Below, piece by piece: positions 6,678 to 14,496 of a DNA stretch of 64,000 nucleotides (its first letter is position 1; every line of letters begins with the position of its first letter). The stretch comes from an archaeon (GTDB lineage Archaea; Thermoproteota; Nitrososphaeria; Nitrososphaerales; Gagatemarchaeaceae). The translations under genes and the position numbers were made by a program. Under the pieces are notes generated by a model. The model was not told where the DNA came from and searched no databases. It was given only the letters and a program-made list of their open reading frames with translations. Location of the stretch: contig CP066694.1 in NCBI GenBank assembly GCA_016432545.1, positions 1,307,206 through 1,371,205 on the forward strand, given 5' to 3'.

Positions 6678-9368
6678 GTGGCGTCTGCCCGACCCGTGGC
6701 CCAGAGCGGCGATACAAAACGCGTCGCGGAATGGTTCGGGATACCAGAATCTGATGCCCAAGACTGGCTGATTGGGAACAAGACGCTTGAGAATGTCCTC
6801 AATCTCTCCCCGTCCGAGGACGCCACGATAACGCACTTCATCGTCCCGTTCCTCCGCCGCGCCCTCGGGTATTCGGTCAAAGACATCGACATCAAACCAC
6901 ATCTCACGAGGAACGCTGGGAGGGCCGTCAAGCAGATGGGCGGCCAAAGCGACGTGGTGGTCAGGAAGCATGATGACCCTGTCTTTGTGATTGAGGCAAA
7001 GAGCTACGGCCACGCGCTGAAGTCAGCGACGGAAGATGCCGAAGGACAGGCTTACGATTACTCGCAGGCCAATGAACTCAAACCGAAGCCACGGTTCTAC
7101 CTCGATACAAATGTCGTCGAGACCCACATCTACGAGACCAATTCGAGGAAAGAACTTCCATTCTCTCCTGTCATGGAGAACGAGCTGGTCTCAAAGTTCG
7201 TGGAGATGCAGAAGTGGCTCTCAAAGAAGCGGATAGTTGCTCTCGGAAGGCGACTGAGCTACGCCCCTGTCGTTAGGGCGCCCGTGTCCGATGACAAAGA
7301 GTTCGGCCATCTGCTCCTCAACTGCCAGAACGAAATGCGGAATGCGAGCAAGTCCAAGACAGGGAAGGATGCCTTCACCGAAATGAACAAGCTCCTCTTC
7401 ATCAAACTTTACGAGGACAGAAGAGAAAGGGAGGGCAAGGAGAACCGTTTCACTCTTCAGAAGGTCGAAGCGGAAGGGGAGAACTACATAGGGGGCACGC
7501 TCTTCGAAGACCTCAAGACCCATTACCGCCTGAAGAATGTCCCGATATTCAGGAGTGAAGACAAGCTCGAACTCGACGACGTGATAGTTAACGGGATAGT
7601 AGAGACCCTTCAGAAGAAGTTCCTCGTCGACGAGGAGGGGAAGGTGTATCCCCCTGTCGCCCACGTTTACGAGAACTTCGTTAGCACCATATTCCGAGGG
7701 GAGAACGGTCAATACTTCACGCCGAGGAGAATCGTCGACTTCATGGTCGACATGGTGGGCCCGTCTTGGGGGTCAGAAGGTCTGCGTTGCGTCGACCCTG
7801 CCTGCGGAAGCGGCGGATTCCTTCTGTCCGTATTCACGATTCTTGACAACGAACTCAGACAGCGGTTCATGGAGAAGACCGCCGAAGGAAACTGGCTCCC
7901 CTTCAACGAGGCGAGTGGGGAGGAATACGATAGGGTCAAGAAAAGTCTCTGCGAGGAGATGCTCGTAGGGTTCGACAACGAAGATACAATAGCGAAGACT
8001 GCGGCCATGAACCTTAGCGTCCACGGTGACGGCTCGACTGGCATTCACTATGGAGATTCACTTAGGAGGATAGCATTTGAGAACGAGTTGAAGGAGGGTT
8101 CGTTCAAACTCGCGCTGACAAACCCTCCGTTCAGTTCCAACGCAGACCTCGGAACAGTGTATGACTTGGACGGGACGGACGCTCTTGGAGGTTTCGAACT
8201 CGCTTACATTCATCGATACGACGAAGAGAAGCACGATTTCGAATGGACGAAGAGTGAAGAGAACCTGAGAGGGAGGGACAAGAAGATTCTCTTCATCGAG
8301 CGTGGATACCAGCTCCTGGAGGAAGGTGGGACGCTCGGGATAATCGTAGATGATGGGGTCTTAGACAATCCCACCGAAGCATATGTCAGGGACTTCATCA
8401 AGAAGAAGTTCAACATCAAAGCAATCGTTTCGCTCCCGTGGGGGGCGTTCCACGAACAGGGTGCCGAGAACTTTACGAGCATACTCTTGCTCCAGAAGAA
8501 GGGGACAGGAATCACTCAGGGCCCAGAAGTCTTCATGGCAATGGCGGAGAACTTGGGCGAGAGCTACGGGAAGAGCACGAAACGGCTACCCAACGACCTT
8601 AAGGATATCCTCGACGATTACAGGAAGTTCAAGAGTGGTAGGTCGTGGCTCTCAAAGTTCTCGTTCATCTGCAAAGTTTCGGACCTTTTGAACTCATACG
8701 ACCCAGTCACCAAACAGGTCAACAATAGGCTCGACCCGAAGTTCTATTCTCCCAGACGCCTCGCAATCCTCAAAGCGATAGAGGAAACGGGGAGGGCAAG
8801 ACCAATCAGCGAAGTCGTCGACTTTGACCGTGAGGAGGTGACGGGGGATGCCAACGACTACGGGAGTAAGTTCATCGACCGTATTACCAAAGGAGGCGAG
8901 ATACAATACGAAGTTATCGGTGGAAGCTCAGACCCGAAGCTGAAGAAGACCCAGATTTTCCGCAAAGGAGATTTGGTTGTATCGAGAATCCAGCTCAAGA
9001 ACGCCATCGTCGGAGTCGTCCCTGACGACATTGACGAAATTCTTGCGACTGACGAGTATTACAAGCTCGTCCCCAAGAAAGAAGAAGGCGAGGATGTTGT
9101 TCTCAGGAAGTATCTCAGAATCGTCCTCACCTCTGAGCCGTTCAACTTCCTCGTCAACGCGACCTTCACTGGACAATACGGGAGAACGGCAGAGGAAGAG
9201 CTTGGACGGCTGAAGATTCCAGTCTACGACCTGCCCACCCAACGGGCGATAGTGGGGAAGTATGACGAGAGCATGGCGAGAGTTAAGTCGCTCGTCGAGG
9301 AGTCTGCCTCTACTGAGGACCAACTGATGACGGATATTTCGACCGATGTGTTCAAGAAGCCGCTTTAG
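6678..9368 (+). CDS. single-chain restriction-modification enzyme candidate (Type IIG-like): PD-(D/E)XK-like N-domain + gamma-class N6-adenine methyltransferase + HsdS-like target recognition domain
   Basis: N-terminus: SDVVVRKHDDPVFVIEAKSYG (D...EAK). Methyltransferase motif I: CVDPACGSGGFLL. Motif IV: LTNPPFSS. C-terminal TRD-like blocks: LDPKFYSPRR, GDLVVSRI, LKIPVYDLPTQRAIV. Confidence 0.75.
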   Translation: MASARPVAQSGDTKRVAEWFGIPESDAQDWLIGNKTLENVLNLSPSEDATITHFIVPFLRRALGYSVKDIDIKPHLTRNAGRAVKQMGGQSDVVVRKHDDPVFVIEAKSYGHALKSATEDAEGQAYDYSQANELKPKPRFYLDTNVVETHIYETNSRKELPFSPVMENELVSKFVEMQKWLSKKRIVALGRRLSYAPVVRAPVSDDKEFGHLLLNCQNEMRNASKSKTGKDAFTEMNKLLFIKLYEDRREREGKENRFTLQKVEAEGENYIGGTLFEDLKTHYRLKNVPIFRSEDKLELDDVIVNGIVETLQKKFLVDEEGKVYPPVAHVYENFVSTIFRGENGQYFTPRRIVDFMVDMVGPSWGSEGLRCVDPACGSGGFLLSVFTILDNELRQRFMEKTAEGNWLPFNEASGEEYDRVKKSLCEEMLVGFDNEDTIAKTAAMNLSVHGDGSTGIHYGDSLRRIAFENELKEGSFKLALTNPPFSSNADLGTVYDLDGTDALGGFELAYIHRYDEEKHDFEWTKSEENLRGRDKKILFIERGYQLLEEGGTLGIIVDDGVLDNPTEAYVRDFIKKKFNIKAIVSLPWGAFHEQGAENFTSILLLQKKGTGITQGPEVFMAMAENLGESYGKSTKRLPNDLKDILDDYRKFKSGRSWLSKFSFICKVSDLLNSYDPVTKQVNNRLDPKFYSPRRLAILKAIEETGRARPISEVVDFDREEVTGDANDYGSKFIDRITKGGEIQYEVIGGSSDPKLKKTQIFRKGDLVVSRIQLKNAIVGVVPDDIDEILATDEYYKLVPKKEEGEDVVLRKYLRIVLTSEPFNFLVNATFTGQYGRTAEEELGRLKIPVYDLPTQRAIVGKYDESMARVKSLVEESASTEDQLMTDISTDVFKKPL

Positions 9369-9467
9369 CCGCTTTTCCCGCCTTCATCTCAACTCTCTTC
9401 CCCTTCACGACGTTTACCCAAATTGATTAGGCTGAAACGTTCGCAGAAGTCGACTTATTCCTAGGCT

Positions 9468-9533
9468 GACACCGCCCCAAAGCGACACCCCAACACGACA
9501 CCCTCACAAGATGACAGTGTACAAAAATGTACA
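9468..9533. repeat. three direct GACACC repeats (9468, 9484, 9497) followed by TGTACA-aaaa-TGTACA (9518-9533)
   Basis: Read directly in the 206-nt spacer between convergent genes, where the base composition changes. Confidence 0.4.
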
Positions 9534-9574
9534 TCAGCTTCATGGGGCCGCGCTCGCGAAGACGGGGATGTCCT

Positions 9575-10108
9575 TCAGCCTACAGCCAGGTAGGCGAAGA
9601 AGTAGTACACGGCTATGCCTACGAAGACGTTCAGGACCCAGAGGCTCCACGTCGTGATCATGACCGGCCTGAAGTTCTGGACCGCGAGCCTCTGCGGGAA
9701 GCGGCTCCACCTCATCCTGAGGACCAGGTAGACCCCAAGGACGGAGGTGAGCACACCGAGGGTGACCATCACCGGGATCAAGTACCAGTGCTCGTTGTAG
9801 GCCCCGAACAACGTGAGGTAGCTCTGGTATCCCCCGGTCCCGTACTCGGGGAATGAAGTCCCGTAGTTCCAGCCCAGCAGGAAGTTGGGAATCATCCAGA
9901 AGAGCGCCCCGATTCCTGACACCACCACTGCCGAAGTCATCAGGTTCTTGTGGACCCACTCGTACCTCGACCCTTTCTTGGTCTCGTCATCGTTCCCGGA
10001 CGCGTATGCCCTGTGCGTCTTGATCGCGTACCTTACTCCCGCCAGTATGAGCGCGAAAGCGACCAGCTGCAGCCCCAGGTTCACCTGAGCGGCTATCGGC
10101 CCGTACAT
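9575..10108 (-). CDS. multi-pass membrane protein of unknown function
   Basis: Hydrophobic segments throughout. ATG at 10108 is preferred over the TTG at 10150. Confidence 0.6.
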   Translation of the reverse strand: MYGPIAAQVNLGLQLVAFALILAGVRYAIKTHRAYASGNDDETKKGSRYEWVHKNLMTSAVVVSGIGALFWMIPNFLLGWNYGTSFPEYGTGGYQSYLTLFGAYNEHWYLIPVMVTLGVLTSVLGVYLVLRMRWSRFPQRLAVQNFRPVMITTWSLWVLNVFVGIAVYYFFAYLAVG

Positions 10109-10195
10109 GCACCTACTCACCAGACTCCTTCGAATAAAAGCCTTGACCAAAACAGTGGGGTAGGCGAGGTGCTTCCTCGCCTAGTCTGTCTGTAT

Positions 10196-11212
10196 TCAAC
10201 TGCTGAATGGGTTGTTGTTGTTAACAGCGAACCAGAGGAACAGGTTCGTGTTAGTCGAAGAGCTGTCCGAGACCACGCTGACGCCCGGGATGGCGACCTG
10301 GGTAGGCACTCCTCCGAGAGTCGTGTAGATCGGGTTGCTCTGTGTTTGGTTGGCGTTCGCAGTGGCCGTAGTCTTCGTTGTCAGCGCCCTGGAGATGGCG
10401 TCGAACGAGGTCAGGCAGTTACCCGTGGCGCTCGAAAGATTCGAGCTTACCCACTGGTGGCACTGGCCCGTCTGACCATCAGGCATGACGTTGGGGTCGA
10501 AGACGAGGACTGTCACAACGTACCACGGAATGCTGGCGCCGCCGACGTAGTTGACCACGTGGCTGTGCGCTGGCACCGGCAGAACTCCCTCAGGGAGCTG
10601 TGCTGGAGTGTATCCGTTGTTGAGTCCCAGGTGCTTCTCCACCGCTGTGAAGTATGGCGAGTAGATCAGTGTCGGGTGGTCGGCGCACGCTGAGGTACTC
10701 CCTCCTGCCCCGCACTGGGTGAAGACGACGTTGTTGTTGTAGACCGGGTATCCCTGGCTTGTCGCTCCGAGAGCCGTGACTCCGAAGATCGACAGGCCGG
10801 CATAGGCCGGTACTAGGATGAAGACTGGGGCCGCGTTGTTCAGGGCGGTCTTGTCACCGCCTGCGACTTCACAGCTTGTCTTGGCTGCGGCCGCATTGGC
10901 CTCTGTCTGATTGGTAGCGTAGTTGGAGAGCGCAGGAAGGCACTGATACTGCTGGGAGTAGACGAAGCTGACTATGTCTCCCTTGTAGAAACCAGCGCTT
11001 GTCGTCCCGGTGAGTATCTCGTTGGTTGGGACTGAGGTGCCAGTCCTGAATGTTGTGGTGCTCGTTGTAGTGTTCGTTGTAGTGTTGTTTCCGCCTAGTT
11101 GGTAGCCGCTGTAGTAGATGTAGGCGCCGGCGCCGATGATCACTACGACCACGACGACGACTGCCCATACTGTCTTTGCAATTGCTTTTCTTCGTTGGGA
11201 AATATCTTCCAC
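10196..11212 (-). CDS. membrane-anchored extracellular protein with Thr/Asn-rich linker
   Basis: N-terminal anchor VWAVVVVVVVIIGAGAYIYY followed by NNTTTNTTTSTTT. No known domain recognised. Confidence 0.6.
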   Translation of the reverse strand: MEDISQRRKAIAKTVWAVVVVVVVIIGAGAYIYYSGYQLGGNNTTTNTTTSTTTFRTGTSVPTNEILTGTTSAGFYKGDIVSFVYSQQYQCLPALSNYATNQTEANAAAAKTSCEVAGGDKTALNNAAPVFILVPAYAGLSIFGVTALGATSQGYPVYNNNVVFTQCGAGGSTSACADHPTLIYSPYFTAVEKHLGLNNGYTPAQLPEGVLPVPAHSHVVNYVGGASIPWYVVTVLVFDPNVMPDGQTGQCHQWVSSNLSSATGNCLTSFDAISRALTTKTTATANANQTQSNPIYTTLGGVPTQVAIPGVSVVSDSSSTNTNLFLWFAVNNNNPFSS

Positions 11213-11359
11213 GAAAAAGGCGCATCTTGGACCGTATTTAAGGGCCGGCCGAGTTCAGGCCCAAATCTGCCCCAACTCACCGACCCTTGCACAAAGGCCC
11301 CGATTTGGGCCTGACTTGGAAAATCATTCATAAACGGACCGCGTGACCTCCTACCCTGT

Positions 11360-12493
11360 TTGCAGGCTAACCCCATCTGGCCGGTTACAAAGAGGCGGGC
11401 GGCACTAGAGAAGGACCTTCGCTGCGACGTGCTCGTGGTCGGAGGGGGGATGGCCGGGATCTCCTCCGCAAGGGCTCTGAAAAAGGAGGGGCGCGACGTG
11501 GCGCTCATCGAGAGGGATGAAGTGGGAGGGCCAGCTACCGGTGCCAGTTCTGGGGTGCTATACTACGGGAGCGGGACCAACTTCGTCCCGGGGGTCGAGG
11601 TCTTCGGCCAGGAGACCACAGAGAAGCTCTGGCTTGAAACCTCCAAAGTAATCTCAGAAATCAAGAGCCTGGCGCCGAAGGCCGACTGCGGGTTCCGGTC
11701 TTGCGGCGCGGTGATGATCGCCCAGAACGACGAAGATCTAGCGTCGGTGCAAGAGGAGCACGAGGCCCTCAGGACCCTGGGCCTTCCCACAACCCTCCTG
11801 AGTACAGACCAGCTGTCCGAGATCTACCCACTGGTCCTGTTCAAGGGCGGTATCTCATTCGACGCGGTCGGGCAGGTCCATCCCGCGAGGCTCGCCTCGG
11901 CCCTCGCAGAAATGGAAGGCCTGACCATCTTCGAAGGGACTCCCATGGTCTCATGGAATGAGGACGGCGACAAGGTGACCGTCAAGACAGACAGGGCCCA
12001 GATAGAGTGCTCGCAGCTCGTGCTCGCCACGAACTTAGAGCCAGTCCCCGGGATAGGCGATGGCGTCGAGACCGAGGGGTCAGTGATCATCGCGAGCACA
12101 CCGACGAACAGGGTCCCGGACGTCTTCCCGGAGGAGAAGATCTACTGGACGATGGAGGAGAAGTACGACCTCTTCTATCCGAGGGGCGACAGGCTCATCC
12201 TCGAGCTCTACCAGCTCGGGGAAGAGGAGGAGAAGATGAAACGTTACTTCCCCGGCGTCGAGTTCTCGACCGACCAGATCTGGGGCGAGAACTGGTCCAA
12301 GCCAAGGGACTGGAGGCCACTCCTCGGAATGCTTACCATGAGGACGGCTCTGGCCGCAGGAATGGGCGACCAGGGGATAATCATGAGCTGGCTGAGCGGC
12401 TCGAAGGTTCCGGGGCTTCTCAAAGGAGAGCAAGACTGGTTCACCGACCTGACTTCGCCTCGAAGGTTCTCCATCGGAGGCGCGCAGGCATGA
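11360..12493 (+). CDS. FAD-dependent oxidoreductase (DAO / glycine oxidase-like family)
   Basis: Dinucleotide-binding motif DVLVVGGGMAGISSARALKKEGRDVALIE. Confidence 0.8.
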   Translation: MQANPIWPVTKRRAALEKDLRCDVLVVGGGMAGISSARALKKEGRDVALIERDEVGGPATGASSGVLYYGSGTNFVPGVEVFGQETTEKLWLETSKVISEIKSLAPKADCGFRSCGAVMIAQNDEDLASVQEEHEALRTLGLPTTLLSTDQLSEIYPLVLFKGGISFDAVGQVHPARLASALAEMEGLTIFEGTPMVSWNEDGDKVTVKTDRAQIECSQLVLATNLEPVPGIGDGVETEGSVIIASTPTNRVPDVFPEEKIYWTMEEKYDLFYPRGDRLILELYQLGEEEEKMKRYFPGVEFSTDQIWGENWSKPRDWRPLLGMLTMRTALAAGMGDQGIIMSWLSGSKVPGLLKGEQDWFTDLTSPRRFSIGGAQA

Positions 12494-12804
12494 TGGAAGA
12501 TTTCGAGAAGGTCGCCGAGACCTCCGAGCTTCCTCCGGGAAAGGTCAAGATAGTGAAGTCGGGGAACGCGGAGGTCTGGGTCGCGAACATCGAGGGCTCG
12601 TACTTCGCTCACCCCAACAAGTGCACCCACGCAGGCGGGCCCGTCGGCAGGGGCAGGCTCAACGGGTACGTGGTCCAATGCCCGAATCACGGTTCGAGGT
12701 TCGACGTGAGAACAGGGGCCGTCGTAGGGGGCCCTGCTTCGGTGCCGCTTCCTTCGATAGAGGTCAAGGTCGAGGGCACCTCGGTCTGGGTCCGCAAGGC
12801 CTGA
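12490..12804 (+). CDS. Rieske [2Fe-2S] ferredoxin-like protein
   Basis: CTHAGGPV ... CPNHGSRF (CxH...CxxH). Its ATG overlaps the upstream stop (ATGA). Only the last 104 aa of the 265-aa track ORF are taken. Confidence 0.8.
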   Translation: MMEDFEKVAETSELPPGKVKIVKSGNAEVWVANIEGSYFAHPNKCTHAGGPVGRGRLNGYVVQCPNHGSRFDVRTGAVVGGPASVPLPSIEVKVEGTSVWVRKA

Positions 12805-12853
12805 GCAGGCACGGCTCAACCTTTACTACTCACAGCACCTCGGGGCCCGTCGA

Positions 12854-13234
12854 TTGCACGCGCTCGTGCGCTTTCGGCCCATGAGGGCGACGCCGCAGAT
12901 GGGGCCAGCCCAAGGAGGCGAACAGGGGGCCGCCCAGGTCGACCCGGCCTTCAAGCGGGTGATGACCTACATCTTCCTAGGGACCAGGGGCGGATACAAC
13001 AGGGTCCGGATAGTGGAGTTGATTAGAGAGGCGCCGCTCAACCCCAATCAGATCTCAGAGAAGCTCTCCCTGGATTACAAAACCGTCCAGCACCACATCA
13101 GACTGCTGGAGGAGAACGGGGTGATAGTGCCCAACGCGAAGGGGGCGTACGGGGCGATGTACTTCCTGACTCCCTATGCCGAGAAGCACTTCGATGCGAT
13201 TAGAGGGATGTGGGCGCGATTTGGGCAAAGTTAG
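12854..13234 (+). CDS. ArsR-family winged-helix transcriptional regulator (start uncertain)
   Basis: NRVRIVELIREAPLNPNQISEKLSLDYKTVQHHIRLLEENGVI. Confidence 0.7.
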   Translation: MHALVRFRPMRATPQMGPAQGGEQGAAQVDPAFKRVMTYIFLGTRGGYNRVRIVELIREAPLNPNQISEKLSLDYKTVQHHIRLLEENGVIVPNAKGAYGAMYFLTPYAEKHFDAIRGMWARFGQS

Positions 13235-13263
13235 AAATATGATTGACGGGTGCATGAACTAGG

Positions 13264-13575
13264 ATGGAGTTCGGGATATTCTGGATGAACGTGGCGGCCG
13301 TCTTCGCGCTGCTGAACGTGGCGTTCCTCTTAGTCCTGGGGGCGCTCTACTTCAAGAGCTGGCAGAGGCTGAAGTCGGGGGCGACGATGAGCCTCCTTGC
13401 AGTGGCACTCTTCTTCCTCCTGCAGAACCTGGTCATAGTGGTCTTCTGGTTCATACTCTACGGCCTCGTGCCTTCGGCCCAGGCCATAGTGGAAGCGGCG
13501 GCGCCTTACCTCGTCCTGATCAACCTCCTCGAGACGGCCGCGCTTGGAAACCTCGTACGTCTGACCTGGAAGTAG
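13264..13575 (+). CDS. small membrane protein, about 3 TM
   Basis: 103-aa hydrophobic ORF directly after the ArsR gene. Confidence 0.5.
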   Translation: MEFGIFWMNVAAVFALLNVAFLLVLGALYFKSWQRLKSGATMSLLAVALFFLLQNLVIVVFWFILYGLVPSAQAIVEAAAPYLVLINLLETAALGNLVRLTWK

Positions 13576-13592
13576 CCCGCTGACAGGCAGCC

Positions 13593-14405
13593 CTAGGCGC
13601 CACCCAAGGCCACGACGAGGTCAGTCAGAAACCCGGTGCAGAGACCGAAGAAAATGCCTCCCATCATCAGGTTGCTGCTGTACTGCCTCCTTCCCGTGTT
13701 GAACATCGTCATTGTCACGTAGACCAGCGCGCCTCCGGCGATCGAAAGAAAGAGGATGTAGGCCTCGGGGCTCGAGAACTGGCTCCCGATGATGGTGCCG
13801 AAGAAGGTTGGAGCCCCACCGATGAAGAGCACTTTGGCGAGGAAGGACTTCTTAGGCTTGGGGCTGATCCCGACCAGGGGCGCGGTGATCCCGAACCCCT
13901 CCGTGGAGTTGTGCACCCCGAACCCGACGATGAGGACAACGGCGAGACCCAGCTCGCTGGACGCGTAAGACTGTCCTATCGCCAGACCTTCGCTCAAATT
14001 GTGAGCTCCGATGCCCAGAGCTATCATCGTGGACAGCTTGTGGGCCATCGAGCCTTCGTTCCCGACCGCCATGTACCTCCTCTCGTAGAAGACGAGCCCC
14101 AGTAGCCCGAGCGCAAGGCCTCCAAACATGAGCCCGAGGTCGAGCAAGGCGGTCGAGGCCGGCAGGCCTCCATGCGAGGCGGAGAGCGCAGCGCCTGATG
14201 CCTGGTCCCACGCGTGGCTGAATACGTCAACGATGAGGAAGAGGAGGATCCCGATGGCGAAGGCGTTGAGGAACCCCCTGACCCTCTCGCTTATTCCCAC
14301 AAGCACCACGGGAAGGCCGAGGAAGATCGTGAAGCCAGCTATCGCGCCAAGGAGGATGAGCTGAGTGAAGTCGACCATTGTCGGACAGCAAAGTCGCCGC
14401 GTCAT
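13593..14405 (-). CDS. ZIP-family divalent metal transporter
   Basis: GAHNLSEGLAIG and GVHNSTEGFGI motifs in a multi-TM protein. Confidence 0.8.
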   Translation of the reverse strand: MTRRLCCPTMVDFTQLILLGAIAGFTIFLGLPVVLVGISERVRGFLNAFAIGILLFLIVDVFSHAWDQASGAALSASHGGLPASTALLDLGLMFGGLALGLLGLVFYERRYMAVGNEGSMAHKLSTMIALGIGAHNLSEGLAIGQSYASSELGLAVVLIVGFGVHNSTEGFGITAPLVGISPKPKKSFLAKVLFIGGAPTFFGTIIGSQFSSPEAYILFLSIAGGALVYVTMTMFNTGRRQYSSNLMMGGIFFGLCTGFLTDLVVALGGA

Positions 14406-14496
14406 AACATACGTAATATACGTTTGCTCTCATCAACCAGAATTCGGTCTGATGCCTCGCAAACCCTTAATGGCCTGAGGCCTCCGAAGTAATCGC

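Noticed and set aside
6504-7013. 169-aa minus-strand ORF overlapping the 5' end of the restriction-modification gene
   Set aside because: It overlaps the motif-bearing plus-strand gene. The short Zn-ribbon ORF (6473..6619) in a different minus frame, coupled to the next gene, explains the spacer better.
12007-12489. N-terminal 160 aa of the 265-aa ORF containing the Rieske domain
   Set aside because: This part is an out-of-frame overlap with the FAD oxidoreductase and is Arg-rich. The Rieske gene most likely starts at the ATGA overlap at 12490.
14406-14496. ACGTA-ata-TACGT short palindrome between the ZIP transporter and radical SAM genes as a metal-regulator site
   Set aside because: The arms are only 5 bp and it overlaps an AT-rich TATA-like stretch, so it is not distinguishable from a plain promoter element.
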